Counted from the first letter of the stretch, positions 1 to 14,671 are shown. The stretch: 64,000 nucleotides of DNA from Octopus sinensis (GCF_006345805.1 NC_042998.1:191766001-191830000); one strand, 5' to 3'. Notes: generated from the sequence alone by a model not told the origin. Numbers and translations: made by a program.

Positions 1-842
1 GTTCAATCAACATCAAGGCAAAAATCAATGAATGATAAACAGAGGTTGAATAGAATGAAGATGACGTTCAGAATAAAGAACTGGTGGGAACTTGCTCCTT
101 GTTTCCACTAGATAAACGTATGCTAATTTTAATTAATCTACTTAAAAGTGTTCGGGCTACTGGTCCAGTTGTTATCAACGCCGGTAAAATTAACGTTCTT
201 AATGTCGAACCGGAGATTGAGACATTACTACGTAACTAAATACAAGCACAATAGAGGAGACAGCAGAGCCGACCTACTGATGTCCTTTTCTTTAACCATC
301 TTTTTTTTAAATCCTGGATAATTGATCTATGTGTCATTGATTTATAAATGAAATGTACCCAGTGTATATCTGAGAAAAACCATAGTTAAAATATCGAATA
401 TCGAGAGAACCATAGTTGAAACATCGATTCAGTACACAATTATATTGAATATATATATTTGGGGTCGAGGGACAGTGTGAAGCCCTAGGTTCAGGCCGTC
501 TTTTTCACAGGTCTGCATGCTACATTTACCAGACTGGAATCCTCGGGGCAGGTTATAAGTGTATGTGTCAGATATATTATCTGTGGGGTTGTAAGAATGT
601 CCATGTGTGAATATATTTCCTTTTATCTCATTTTCGTCATTAGAGTGTGACCATGCTGTGACATCTCTTCCTGAAATTTTAGTCGAATGAATCGACCCCA
701 GGCTTTCCTATCTTTCATTTATTTAAGCCCGTTACTTATTCAATCGGATCTCTTTTCCAGCATCGTTAAGTCGAAGAGGAGACATATCAATACCGGTGCT
801 GGGTGCTGAGGGACAAACAGACTTATATACATATATATATAT

Positions 843-905
<63 letters not shown>

Positions 906-959
906 ACTGGACCGTTACTTAAACATAGTAGCAGTCTGCTTGGGAGAAGTTTTTTTTAT

Positions 960-1760
960 TGCAAACAGATCAAAGACCTTTGCTGTCGATTTCTGAACCT
1001 AAAACAGGATTACCGCCTCAACTTTGGGTGTGTAATATTAAATTATAATTTCAAAATCCAATGCATTCCATCGAAAACAAAATCAGTCATGCGGATTGCC
1101 TTTCGAGATTAATTCCCAAAAATATGTAGCCACTAGAAGAGACTGTTATAGCTATACTGCAGGCAGAAAGTGAAATCAAAAGTGTTATGACGAACGTTAT
1201 CCAAAGTCGACCAGTAATGGCATAGGATATAAGAATGAAAGCTGTAGGTTTTGAGTATATTACGGAAATAAAAGAAGCTTTAAAAAATAGACAGAATGAA
1301 AATTAAGATGCCAGGAGGTTTTCAATTTGCGACGATATTCTGATGTATTCGCTAAGAGTGGTGGTTCCACTATATTACAAAAATATGTATTGCAACAATT
1401 TCACAGCGGACATCTAGGAATGACAAGGATGAAGGCTGTGATGAGGAGTTATGTCTATTAGCCGTCTATGGACCGTGTTATCGAAAACTTGGTGAGAACG
1501 TGCTGAGGTTGCGCTTTAGCAGCCAAAGCCCCGCCGGTAAAATATCAACCGTGGCCATAGACGAAGAACCCATGGTCTAGGTTAAAATTAACTATGTCGG
1601 ACCGGTAAACGACTTTTACTACCTAATCGCAGTAGATAACCGAACTAAGTGGTCAGAGATTTGCAGGTGCTATAGACCAAACTCTTAGACAACTATATAA
1701 AGTTCTTATACGAATTGTTTGCATGATATTGTGCACCTGACATGATAATTTCAGACAACA
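960..1760 (+). mobile_element. Decayed Ty3/Gypsy pol fragment (RNase H end, integrase zinc-binding region and start of the core)
   Basis: Broken frames give TDQRPLLSI..., ..HADCLSRLIP, GMTRMKAVMRSYVY*PSMDRVIENLVRTC*GCALAAKAPP, PWSRL..YVGP...YLIAVDNRTKWSEI; many stops and frameshifts. Confidence 0.75.
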
Positions 1761-4529
1761 GAAGCCTCCTGAGTAAGTCTGAGCAAGTGGGTAGTTCGTG
1801 TTAGTCCTACAGTTCGTGTATTCATAGTTCAAAGTTTGAGTTCAAAATTTACAGTTTGATTTAGTGTTGGATTGTTGATTCTTAAAAGATTGTTGTTATA
1901 TTTGTTTCGATTACATTGCTGTTACAGTGTATTCGTTTATCAGTAATTTGCAGAGTCTTGGTAGTAAAGGTCACTAAGGTAGTCGAATACGCGACAGACA
2001 ACATTTATCGTTGTTAGTAAAAGGTTGTGCAAGAGCATTTCTCTGTTGTGCAAGAGAAAATAATTCGGCCATATTTAGATTCATCAATATGAAGCTACTC
2101 CACTTCGTTTATCTCATCAACTATTGATTTTCACATCAAATTATTCCTGACCTAAGAGACATTCAAGCCATTCAAGTCGTTAAAGCCATGACTATGACGC
2201 GTTCTTTTATGCACAGAGAACCCAGGACTGCATTCAAAATACATATGTAGTGTCTTGCGTTAAAACAGGCAGTTTTAATTTAAGAAGTTAAAGTGCAATT
2301 TGAGAGAGATTTTGGTTGTTATTTCTATCAGATTTAACATCAACATAGATGTCCAACGGTTGCGTGAGACGACCGAGAATTTGGAGGCGTATGTTAGCTA
2401 TCCAGGAGGAATTGTCATCGAGGTCTTCAGAGAGATAACAATTTTGATTTCCAGATTAGTTATATTGGTAGCTTTTCTGATATATGGAACTTTCCTCTAG
2501 ATGCAGCTGGCAGTTTCGGCCACGCTGAAATATTCCATGTTACTGGGGAAGTTTGCGGGCTTTGGCGACATAATTTTGAAATGGAATTTAAAAGTTGTTG
2601 ATTTTTCACGGATCTTACTCTGGATGTGGGTAGATGCTACGGATATCGATTTGTGGCAGTTTTAACGGCGAATAACGTACAGTTCCTTTTAATACACCTA
2701 GAGAGGTCATTACATATATAATCTCATTTACAAACAATAAGCACTCTTCTCAGTATCCATTCTACTCGCATAATTATCAAATCTAACAAAATATAAGAGA
2801 AACTATGAACTGTTCTACAGCAAAACCAGCTTTGGTAAGGCAGGATACACTATGAAAACTGACTGAGAGTTTCTACATATATAAATAAGCTGTTAGGTTG
2901 GGTGTCTTTGCTTATATTTCTGGTCTTTCTGTATGATCAAGTGTAGAAGTATTATCCAGGCAGTTGCAGTTGGTTTTATAGCTTTTAGTATCTAAGAATT
3001 TGTTACTCGTGTCTAGGCAGAACCTGTCGTCTTGCTAGACATAAAATGTGTATATTATTGGCTCGATTTTCGCTGAATAGTTGAATAAGTCAAATCACAT
3101 TCCTCTTCCTAGATCTGATATGGTGTGAGAATACTTCTTGACTAAATCTACTTCTTGGTTACACTTTGATATGACAGTTAAAGTTCGTGGACGAGAAAGT
3201 ATCAAAGGCTCCTCTACAAAGATTTAGAATCAATAGAACTCTAAATTTGATATATGCATCGAATGGGTTGTGAGGACCGTTCAAACGATTTGTAAATGAG
3301 TTTGTTAATTATATAATAGCATAAGTTTAAAATAACTGTGTTTTCTGAACTGCAATTTAAACAGAATATTTTTTTATGCACAATAAAACATTCTTATACG
3401 TAACAATGCTAAAATACGTTATTATACTGTTTCGAACAAGTTACAACATTAGGTTCCTGCTTAACCGCTAGACGGCTAAAGTTTCCTGTTTTTTTCCTGA
3501 GAAGATATTGATTTGTCACATTGACTCCATATTGACGTATAAAGTGTTCATTTGATTCTGTAAATAGACAATACGAGGTCTTTCGTTCATTTTGTATTAG
3601 TTTCAGAAATTTTTCCTTTAAAATAACGTCTAGCAAAACGGAATTGTACAGATTATGAATAAAATTATTTTGGCAGCTTTCTATTGTTTTCGTCAACTTA
3701 ATTCCTTTCATACTGCTGATTCTGCATAGTTTTTCGAGTTTGTAGAAACTTTTGCTTCTATATTATTTATAGTAAATAGTATTAGCAATTACATGTTTTT
3801 TTATTCTTGTTTTACGACGAAAGACAAAAATATTTACTTTCTGGCTCAAAAGTATATTTATTTAAGTCACGTCTCAACAATTTAGAGGGATATAAGTAAT
3901 ATGGTTCATTTTAATTCATATGCCTTCAGTTGTTTTAATTCAGTTAGCTTGAGCTATAATATATTAATTTACATTGCATTAAGCAAGTGTATATAGGTAG
4001 ATTCAGTATGTCATTCCTAGAAATACATTCCTGGTGAATGTTGAAGGAACATACATTCAAGGTTGGGTGTATTTGTGCTCGCTAACTCCCTTTGTTGGGA
4101 GAGCGTTTCTATTTGCGTACAAAAAGATAACATTACCGTAAAATTTTATGTATATATATTCAACGCATTCATTGCTATATGTTTTTGGTGTTTACAACAG
4201 TAAAGGAGAGAGACAGAGACAAGCAGAAACAAGGAAAATGTCCCTTGTATTTGAATACTATGCAAATATTCTTTTAAAAAACTTTTCCTTTAAGTTTTCC
4301 AAAATTTGTTTTCTATACTTCCAGTTGAAAAAGTCTCAATGACTGAAACCGGTACTGAAATGTTTTTATAAAATTATTTTAGCATTTTCTACCTTGACTT
4401 TTTTTCCATTTATATATATGTTACTTTTCAACATTCTACACACAGACACACACACACATGCATACACACACACACACAGACACACACACACACATACGCA
4501 CACACACAGACATATACTGTGTGTATGTG

Positions 4530-4750
4530 TGTGTCTTTGTGGCTGTGTTTGCCCTCCGCATCACCGATTGACAACCAATGTGGCTGTGTTTACGTCCCTG
4601 TAAGTTAGCGGTTCGGCCAAATGCACCGATAGAATAAGTAGAAGGCTTAAAGATAAGACTTGGGGTCGATTTGTTCCATTAAGATACTTCAAAGCGGTGC
4701 TCCATCATGGCCGTAGTCAAATGACTGAAGTAAAACAATAAAACAAGTAA
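4530..4750 (+). mobile_element. SINE 3' half (family A)
   Basis: Shares ttagcggttcggc...ccgatagaataagta...ggggtcgat...gcggtgctcca..atggccg.agtcaaatgactgaa with the copies at 23.8 kb, 34.2 kb and 60.2 kb. Confidence 0.6.
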
Positions 4751-4906
4751 GACAATAAAAGATACATACATACATACACACACATATATATCTGTGTGTG
4801 TGTGTGCGTATGTGTGTGTGTATAAATCTATGTGTATATAAATATATATATATATTTACATATATGTATATATGTATGTATATATATGTGTATATATATA
4901 TATGTA

Positions 4907-4944
<38 letters not shown>

Positions 4945-4999
4945 TGTGTATATATATATATGTATATATATATACATATATACACACACAAAATTATAT

Positions 5000-5047
<48 letters not shown>

Positions 5048-6454
5048 CATATATCGTAAATATTATTAAACCAGAATTAAAAATACTTGTGACTATTAGT
5101 ATAGAGTATGTTATTTATATAAAAGTATTTCATTTCATTGGTGATAATTTATTGTATGCACAAGATCGCTTGAAAGCAACTGTCATGTATCATTTCCTTT
5201 GAAAGATGAAACAAAAGAAATCTATGCAGACCGTCTCGTTATATTTGATTAACATCTCAGAATTGAAGCAGTCTGCGATGAAGAATCATAATTCTGCAAC
5301 TTAGATTTTGCCAAAGTGATGCAGAACTTGTATATGGAAATAACTATATGCGACTGTTCACCAGGAAAGAAACCAAAAACAGAAATCTGGCTAGGAATAA
5401 AATATGTCCTTGAGAGAAACAAACTTTATTTTTGGATGAAAAGACAAATGTTACCGAAAATATATTTACCAGAATAGCAACTGCAACGAACATCTTAGAT
5501 CAGTTTTACTTACAACCTAGCCGTTATCAACGTGGAAAGCCAAATAGCAAGAAAACGAGAAACTAGATGTAGAGGAGTAATTTCTAATATAATTCATATA
5601 CATAGGCATCGCTTTTCAACTACGCTGAGCTGGTTACTCAATCATCTTAATTAATTGCTAATTTTATTGGAATATATAATCACGTATATATGAACATAGA
5701 CGTAATGATTTTTGCATACGTTAATATATATAATTTGAAATGTGTGGGTGTCCTTGTCTATTTTTAATTATTTGAAGTATTCTTGAAATGAAGGAGCTAT
5801 TTTTTTAAAAATAAAGATACGAACCATCGTTGAAATATAGATTAAAAATAAATTCACATCTTGAACTTGGTTACAATCTTCCCTATTTTTACTTATCAAC
5901 TACCAGATTGCATTTTTAATGCCCGTGTTATGTGGTTTGATTTCATTGTCTGGAAACTAACTTTCCCATATTGTCAAGTAAGCAATTACTAACAAAGCCG
6001 AATACATCTTATAATAACTCTCCTTGTTTTCTCTGTTACGTAATCACGAGACCAAGAGAGACTGCATCATATCAATATTAATGTCATCTTCAGACTTCAG
6101 GAAATGTACCTCTGCAGAAAGTGTTTCGCGATGCTGTGTGTTTCACATTCAGGTCTTCTTTGAGAGATGTTAGTCAAGCTGTTTCCTTTTTCTCTTTTTC
6201 TTTTGGTGGGGTAGGATATGTGAGGCTGTAAGGAAGAGAGTATTTCAGGAGGAGTTCACTTCGCTTTTCGGCACTAGTTATATATATATATATATAAGGG
6301 ATAAGGGTGTCATTGAGGCCCAAAGTTGTCAGGTAATGTTGAATAAGTGCTAAAGACAGACCATAGTTAAGTTCCAGATTCGGTAATATTGCGACTCACT
6401 CTCTATTTTGTATCACATCTAAACTAACTATGACTTATTTCTTTCTCTCACACC

Positions 6455-6506
6455 GTCTCTGATGAAGGGATATAATTAATTAATATCCTAGAAACAGCTG
6501 TAAGAA
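6455..6506 (+). ncRNA. Minimal type-I hammerhead ribozyme motif (C3-G8 core, GUA triplet)
   Basis: gtct-CTGATGA-a-GGGATAT[aattaatta]ATATCCT-a-GAAA-CAGCTG-TA-aga; palindromic stem III; the pair closing stem II next to the core is an A/A mismatch. Confidence 0.55.
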
Positions 6507-7269
6507 TTCTATCTATAAATGCTCTAATATCTATACGGCCTTGGTTTTTTATCCTATTACGCAAAATATTCATATATATACACATATATGTATATTTCAA
6601 GAGTCGAACAGAAATAACACAACCAAGAGAATAATTAGGCGAATGCACAACAAGAGGAAAACTAGACGAAAACATAACAATTAGTAATATAAACATTTGT
6701 TGACCACTTTGCTGAAAAATATCTCTGAATGGCTATAGCACAACATGTGGAATATTAATACGTATTGTTACAGATTATATGTGTTGCCTAAGAGTCTTTA
6801 ATTCCTGTTGAATAATTTGTGTATCCTATTCTTGAAATGTATTTTCATCTGTTTGGAGATAAAACTGGCTGATTTTCGGTGCAATCGTCCGTTTCCAACA
6901 GTTATATATCTTCTTAACTTTTTACACTGATATCATTATGCAACTCATCTCAGAGCGATTATGTCTTTTTGTACACAGGCTAATAAATGACAGGACTCTC
7001 GAAACAACATTCGTATAAAACACAACGAAGTGAGATAATAAATATTACCTTTATGATAATTATCAGAAATTTTCCGATTAGACAGACGTTTGAGACAGAT
7101 ATATTCCGATTAGAATTCCACTTAATAAACAGAACAACATAGCCGTAAGTATTAGTTAATGCATATATGAATTGAGCACTTTGGTGGAGTATACCTCAGA
7201 CTAATATACACTTTGGAGTACGTATATTTCTTCTTGTCATGTTCGTATGCTCAAGACGTTAATTCCATG

Positions 7270-7690
7270 TTGAGTACTTACTTGTACTTGTACTTGTGGC
7301 GACATTCACCCTGGGCGGGTTGAGTCGGTTTCTTCTACCACCCTCGAGGCATCTCGAACCATGGCAGTGGAAGAAGTTTCGTGGGAATATGAATTTCACA
7401 AGCGGTCTCCAACAATCCCGCATGTAGAGACATCCTGTTTGTCGCAGATTGTCCGCAGACGCAGGGACAGAACAACCGAGGAGCCGCCGGTTGCCGAAAC
7501 AGACACTCCGAGGATTTTCACCAGAGCCCAGTCTGCCGGGTTGTGGCCCTAATACCACTCGGTGTCAGACCAATACGCTTTGGGTAGCCCTACCAGGAAC
7601 TGAAGTTCCCGACGACATAACTCTGACACTACCCGTTGCAAGCGACCCCACCACGGTGAGGAGGGGATGGACTTTGAGTATTCAAATATA
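7270..7690 (-). mobile_element. RTE-type LINE 3' fragment with (CAAGTA)n tail
   Basis: GC-rich patch; the minus strand ends ...MVRDASRVVEETDSTRPG*-like, followed by caagtacaagtacaagtaag, a short tandem tail of the kind seen in RTE elements. Confidence 0.55.
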
Positions 7691-8597
7691 GCTCTTCCCC
7701 GAATAATATTTCCATCCAATTAACGAAAAAAATTGCGTGATTAATTATTAAGATGTACACATTTACCCCACACCCCATAGTTGCACAAATGATTATGCAA
7801 CCGTCTCAGCATTGCAGAAAACCAATGCATATATATATATATATATTTGAATTGCATAAGAAATTACACTGCTGTTATGTTAAAGAATATTATTATTCTC
7901 TTCCATGAATTTTTGCTTATTTGGCTTTCCGCGTTGATAAAACGATGTACAATAGTGTCTCTTAAGCTGTTCAGTGGATTTTACGTTGAGATAAATGTAT
8001 TTGCCGCAAATTTCATCCCTTCATATCAAAATAGTTTTTTTTTCTCTCTCTCTCTCAACGATACGTATTACTCCTAGCTAGATTTCTACTTGGTTCTTTT
8101 CTGTTGAACAGTTATACATTCTTCTTCTATACCAGCTCTGACTCACTTAGGCAGAGCTGAGTTGCAGTTTTTCGATTCTTCATCGCAGACTAATTCCATT
8201 TCGAGATGTTAATCATGTATAAGTAAAACAGAGACAGACTGCATAGATTTCTTTGTTTCATCTTTCAAAGGAAATGCTACATGACTTTTGCTATCAAGCG
8301 ATTTTATACATACAATGAATTATTACCAAAGAAATATTCTTTTATAAACAATACGCTCTCTACCATTGGTAGTCAATAATTCTAACGTATACATACACAC
8401 ACACACACGTGCTTGTGTGTGAATGACAGTGTGTTGTATGCGGTTGCTCTTGTGTATCTGTCCTCCTAATACTAATTATTATTATTCGGGTATTATACTA
8501 TAGTCAACTCATACACTTCTTTATAATATGGTGCCGAATAAATCATTCGCAACTCCGCCCACCAAAATCACTCCCTACACCCTATATATATATATAC

Positions 8598-8676
<79 letters not shown>

Positions 8677-8701
8677 GATAGATAGATAGATAGGTAGGTA
8701 G

Positions 8702-8754
<53 letters not shown>

Positions 8755-10294
8755 AAGATGGATTAATACATACATACATGCATATATATATACATACATA
8801 CATACATACATACATACATACATTCATACATATATATCCATGCACACGCGTGTGTGTCTGTGTCTGTGTGTATGTGTGTCTGTGAGTATTTGTGTATGTG
8901 TGTGTGTGTTTGTGTGCGTGTAAGCATGATTGGATGCGTTCGATGTGCGACAATTACACACACAGGTCACGGCTCTAATATTAAACACGTTAAACGTCCA
9001 CCGGGAGAAGGAAAAATACACAGACCAGAGAGACAGACTGTATGTGCATTTATATAACATATATACACACACGTCTGTGTGTGTGATTTTATATTCATGC
9101 GTGCATTTCATTTACATACATTAGAAACTTATCATTATCACAGTCTAAACAATGTATTTTTTCTTTTTATCTTTATATTTTACGAAACTGAAACCCTATA
9201 TATATGTTGAATAATTCATGTATTTAGCTAATTAATCTTGTTTGTTTTTGAAAATAAATTTACATTGCGCTTCCATCCAAAAGCTCACCTCTCCAAATTG
9301 TATCACCCCACTTTTAGATACCTACAAAGAATTCGTTTTGTTTACACGCATTGAAGCCAAAATAACTTCCTCGATTTCTCCCAGGAATCACAGTCGAGAG
9401 GAAAAGTATATTTTGCGTTGTTCTCCTTCATGCGTCTCAGCCTTAAATACAAGAAAGGAAAAAAAGAGGAGACGAAACAACAAAAGCGAGAAAGAATGAT
9501 GATAGATTGAAATGAAGCCGCAAGAGAGCCAAAATGTTTCGTTTACAGTACATTACTTTCCACTTTGTTGACTGAGAACAATGAATATCTTCAACATATT
9601 TTCTTCATTAAATTGTCATGTTATTTGGCCTTCGAGTATTTCAGTTCGCTCATTTTAATTGACTTTCTTTGTGTTGTTGAGTGTGTTACAATTTAGACAT
9701 AGCGTACACATTGAGCAGGTGAACATTGTTTTGGTATTAACCTAGAAAAATATTAGCCGACGTAGGAAATTACTGCAAAGTGCTTTGTTAATTGGAATGT
9801 CATATGATATTTACAATAAATCGCTAAATATCGAGACCGTATCAATTAGCAATCATACTGTCTTCCCAAGATAATATTAAATCTTTACATTTGATGTGTT
9901 ACGGGAATGCTGTGTTTATTTTAGGGAAATATTCCTAGCAGAAACTTAACTGGAAGAAGTCGAAAATAACTGCATTAATTAATCAGATAATTAACTTTTT
10001 TATCAGATTTTTTTCCCTTTCTTAAATAGCATCGTTGATTGAAACTTTCCGTTGAAGCATCTACTGATTCAAAGTAGTATTTAATACGGTAAGTGATAAG
10101 GGATTATAGCAATTAGGGACTTCATTCAAAAATCACCGGTATTCGCGTAGGCGTTTACTTTACATTTCTTCGACGATATAAGATACTATAAAAATACATG
10201 AGGTTGTATACACACACACACACAAACACACATATATATGTGTGTGTGTGTATGTACTCATATTTATGTATATAAGTCTATAAATATGTATGTG

Positions 10295-10333
<39 letters not shown>

Positions 10334-10403
10334 TTGTATTTATATATGTATTTGTATATATATTTATATATATATATATATTATATATATATAGATATAT
10401 ATG

Positions 10404-10790
10404 CAGGGTGCGATGGGTAAATGTTACCATATTATATATCTAATTTCGCGCATGCGCATAGTTTATTTTTGATTTTGTCGACTATACAGTATAGTAGGGT
10501 CTGTTGGGCACCGCCTGTGAGAAAAACAGAACCATAACTCAATTTTCATTCTGCCAGAAATTTGGAAAAACAAGGTGTAATGCTTGGCATTCGCAGCGGA
10601 AGCTCCAAACGCTAACATTTCAGAGTGTTTGGACAGTACAGACGATTCGGAAAGAGTTGGATAAGTGGTGATTACGAATTTACGGCAGTACGGAAAACTT
10701 ATTTAGGTCGTTCTGATAATAAAAGAACTCCTGAATTTGTTAGTGAGATCCAGGTCATGGTTGACATCGATCCCTCGATGTCAGTCAAGT

Positions 10791-10793
<3 letters not shown>
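10404..10793 (+). mobile_element. Tc1/mariner-superfamily 5' fragment (TIR-like start plus N-terminal HTH remnant)
   Basis: Begins CAGGGTG after a TA run; frames give MLGIRSGSS..., VQTIRKELD, SDNKRTPEFVSEIQVMVDIDPS; ends at a microsatellite. Confidence 0.55.
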
Positions 10794-10865
<72 letters not shown>

Positions 10866-10885
10866 GGAAATAGATAGATAGATAA

Positions 10886-10917
<32 letters not shown>

Positions 10918-11072
10918 CTTTTTATTGTAGCCACACAGGGCTAAACACAGAATAAAAATGGACGAAATACAATGTAGAATTTTTTCTTTTCGAGGTGGGA
11001 TGGGTGGGGCAAAAAAAAAAAAAAAGCGTTTGATCAATAGGGATCTGTGGGTTGTGTGGTGTATAAAAAAGC

Positions 11073-11109
<37 letters not shown>

Positions 11110-11164
11110 TTCACAGTTTAGTGTAGTCTTGGAAAGAAAAACCTACAAAAAGACCAAGGTCACC

Positions 11165-14100
11165 TCAGACAATTCGAAAAAGAACACATGAGTAAGTCGC
11201 CTTACTTCTCGTTGTCTCTTTTGGTTGCAGATTTATGCTTAAAATAGTGTCGTCTTTCATACTGACCATTTTTGCCACTTTTACCCACTTTTTATTAAAA
11301 CATTCGTTCGACAAAGCCTTCCTCTCTATTCTCATCCTCCTTTTCAAGTGGTACTTGAAAAAGTTGACGAGAGACTGACCAGAGAGGAAGGTGTTTGTTT
11401 GCAGTCCTTTCAAACGCGTCCACCACACACATTCTTTCGCCATAGCCATCAGCGTAACGAAAACGTTTTCCCTTCCCGTTTAAAGGAAGGTGGTGGAACA
11501 ATATTCACAATAGACTCGGCCGATAGGCGAGCCTGACCTACACGTGACAACAGCTGTTCGACGAAGGACCACAGCTCTGAAATATCTGGACACTGCACGA
11601 GTGCGTGCAGAACGGTTTCGTCGCTCTGACTGCATCTCGGGCAGGTCGGTCCGGTGATGGTTTTCGAACCGTGTCTGTAGCTCTTCTCTCGAACAGGTAG
11701 TGCGTCTCGATAGCACTGCCAAGCCAGGGATTTCTGGAAGTTATCCATAGGCCCCAGCCCGAACGTCGTTCTGAACAGGCGGTTAGGAATTCCTCGTCGA
11801 CGCCCAGGTTTGCCCCGAGTGTGTCGTCGGACCTCCCCTCCACTAGTCCTCTATAGAACGCTTTAGTCGTTTGGAAGTTGCACAAGTTTGACCCCGGTCG
11901 ACAGAGCTGCTGTAGAGCTTGGCGACACTCTCGGTGCCAATCGTCCAGTTTCGGTCTCTTTTTGATCCACGTTTGCAGTTCGGTCAGTGAGACGAGCTGC
12001 GGGAAGTCGCGCTTCACAAACGGCGCCCACACCTGTTCACCCTCGTCGATGAATTTCCAGAGATGTCGCAGTCTCAGCGCATGCCTGCGCATCATCAACC
12101 ACGGCATGCCCAGTCCTCCATTCAACGGATGTTGACAGCAAATGGACTTCCTCACCATCGGAACGCCACCCTTCCACAGGAAGCGGAAGAGTATGCGTTC
12201 CAGTTTGGTGATGGTGGCGTCCGGACAAGGTACGACGGTCAGGCGGTAATCGATGACGGATGCGATGTACGCGTTCGCCACCTCCGCCCGGCCTTTTAGA
12301 GACAGCTTTCTCTCGGCCCATGTTTGGCTGAGAGCGACCACTCTACTCGTGATCTCGTCCCAGTTCTTATCCATTTGGAGGTATGGACTGAACCAGACCC
12401 CGAGCAATTTAACCGGTCCGTCCGTCCAGCGTCCCACTACTGAGCCGCAGTCGGACGGCATGGGCTTGCTTCTCCAGGTGCCGAGTAGCAAACCCACTGA
12501 CTTTTCCGGGTTAATCTTTGCTCCCGTCACCGTTTCGTATTTTCTTAGTGTCTCGCCTATCATCTTGATGTGTTTGTCGCTCGACACTATGACGGTGACA
12601 TCGTCCGCATATGCCGACACGCTCGTCCCGCAACCCAGTTCCCGTGGGATGCCCCTCAGTGTCGCCAGCTTCCGCAGTAGCGGCTCGAGAGTCAATACAT
12701 ACAGAAGAGCCGACAGGGGACACCCCTGACGGACCGAACGCGTAATGTCAAACGGTTTCGACAGGTGACCGTTCATCCGAATCACCGATCGGATGCCGCT
12801 ATACGAGGCAGCGATCCAACCGCGGAAGACGGGACCGAAGCCAGCCGCCTTGAGGACGGCCGCCAAGTACCGATGGTCGACCCTATCGAAGGCTTTAGAC
12901 TGATCCAAATTTATCAGCGCCCCACCCATGGCAGGATCCTTAACTACCCTGTCCACAATGTAGCGCATCAGATGGAGGTTGTCATGTATGGTTCTGCCCG
13001 GCACGGCGCATGTTTGCGCCCTGTCGACCAGTTTACCAATGACAAGCGCCAACCTCTCGGCTATTACTTTGGCCAAAATTTTCAAATCTGCGTTGAGCAG
13101 AGTGATGGGCCTGAAATTATCTATAAAATTCCCCTTGTTTGAGTCTTTCTTCAGCAACGTCACTGCACCTCGGCTCACGAAACCGGGGATTCTCCCGTTT
13201 TGTTGCCAGTTGCAGTAGACTGATGCCAAGAGGTCGCCAAACAAGTCTGGCATTCGACAATACAGTTCGTAGGGTAAACCATCCAATCCAGGCGAATTAT
13301 CCCTCGCGCAGCCCGCCATCGCATCCCACACGTCAGCGGCTGTGATGGGACTTTCACAACACACCGCTTCTCTTGCCGAGAGCCGCGGCAGGTCGGTCAG
13401 GTAGGCACTGAAATCCATCCCTCGTTCCGACCCACTACTCGCACCAAACAGTCGAGCAAAGTGCTGTTGAAAGGCCTCACACATCCTTTCGGGTTCGAGT
13501 AAACTGCATCCCTGTTGATCTATTAGAGACCGAATGGTTGATCTGTTGCCACGCTGCGCCTCCGCTACCCGGGCCTCTCGCGCAGCTTCAATCCCTTCGT
13601 TCCTTAAGGCATGCATTTTAGCTCTGACGACGCAACCTTCGTGCTTGGCGTTGAGGTGTTGGTCGAGGGCCATCCTCGCAGCCAGCACGTTGGTTGCGCT
13701 GCCAGTGGTAAGTGCCTCTTCTAGTTTCTTAACTAAGTCTCCCTCTACTCTATTTCGTTCTATCGCCAATTCCTTGCTAAACCTAATTGATTCCGATTTT
13801 ATTGCCATTTTCAGGGCGTACCACCAGCGGTTGTTAACGACCGCTCCCGTCAGCGCCCTCTTAATTAACTCGCTAATCCGGTTCCTTTAAACCTGTCGCG
13901 CTAACAGCGACGTGTTCAGTTTCCAGTAACCGGGACCCTGCCTATGTGTTTTATCTAAGTCGAGCGTACACGTAACAAATTTGTGATCTGTGTAGCTGAC
14001 TATTTTAAATTGTGGACATCCTACACTATCCCTATCCGCTGTCCTGCATAGAATTCTATCTAGATAAGATCTCGACGATCCGACGCAGTTTGTCCAAGTC

Positions 14101-14671
14101 CACGTTGGCACGTTCGGATGGTCGAGTCGGAACCTGTCAGACAAATGGAAACGTCTGAGCAGGTCTTTGAGGCTCTTACACCCCCTTCTATTCCTATCCC
14201 TTCCACATAATCTAGATGCGTGTCCAAGGTAGCGTTCCAATCCCCTACTAACAGTAAAGGTCTAGACGTACCCAGGAAAACCTCTAGACGTCTGAAGAAA
14301 TCCGCCCGACCCGTTAAGGACGGTGCATAAACTGCCATCAGACGGAATGCACACCCATTTCTGCCATCCACGTCCAAGACAACCAGCCTACCCTCCGGGT
14401 CTAGGAATATTGCTCTTACTTTTACCTTTAGACTCTTTCGAAAAAGCACCGCAGTACCTCCACCACCCATGTTCGGCAGACAGGGAGAAAAATAAATGTC
14501 AAATTGATTGCCAAACATGGATTCGAGGGCCCGCGGTTTACTGAGTCTGGTTTCACTGATAGCTACTATATCCACGTCCAGTGACTTGATGTCGTTTAGA
14601 AGGTAACCTTGCTTCCAAGCCGACGCCAAGCCACGCGCATTCACACAACCTAATTTAAGCATACTTGACAT
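11165..14671 (-). pseudogene. LINE ORF2 (APE endonuclease + reverse transcriptase + CCHC-like zinc finger), ~1,170 aa when repaired
   Basis: GCVNARGL, ISETRL, LVGDWNA, SYLDRI, YTDHK, PGLDGLPYE, NFRPITLLNADLKILAK, LDQSKAFDRVDH, VRQGCPLS, AYADD, CPRCSQSDETVLHALVQC; three -1 frameshifts and one in-frame TAA (13,887-13,889). Confidence 0.92.
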
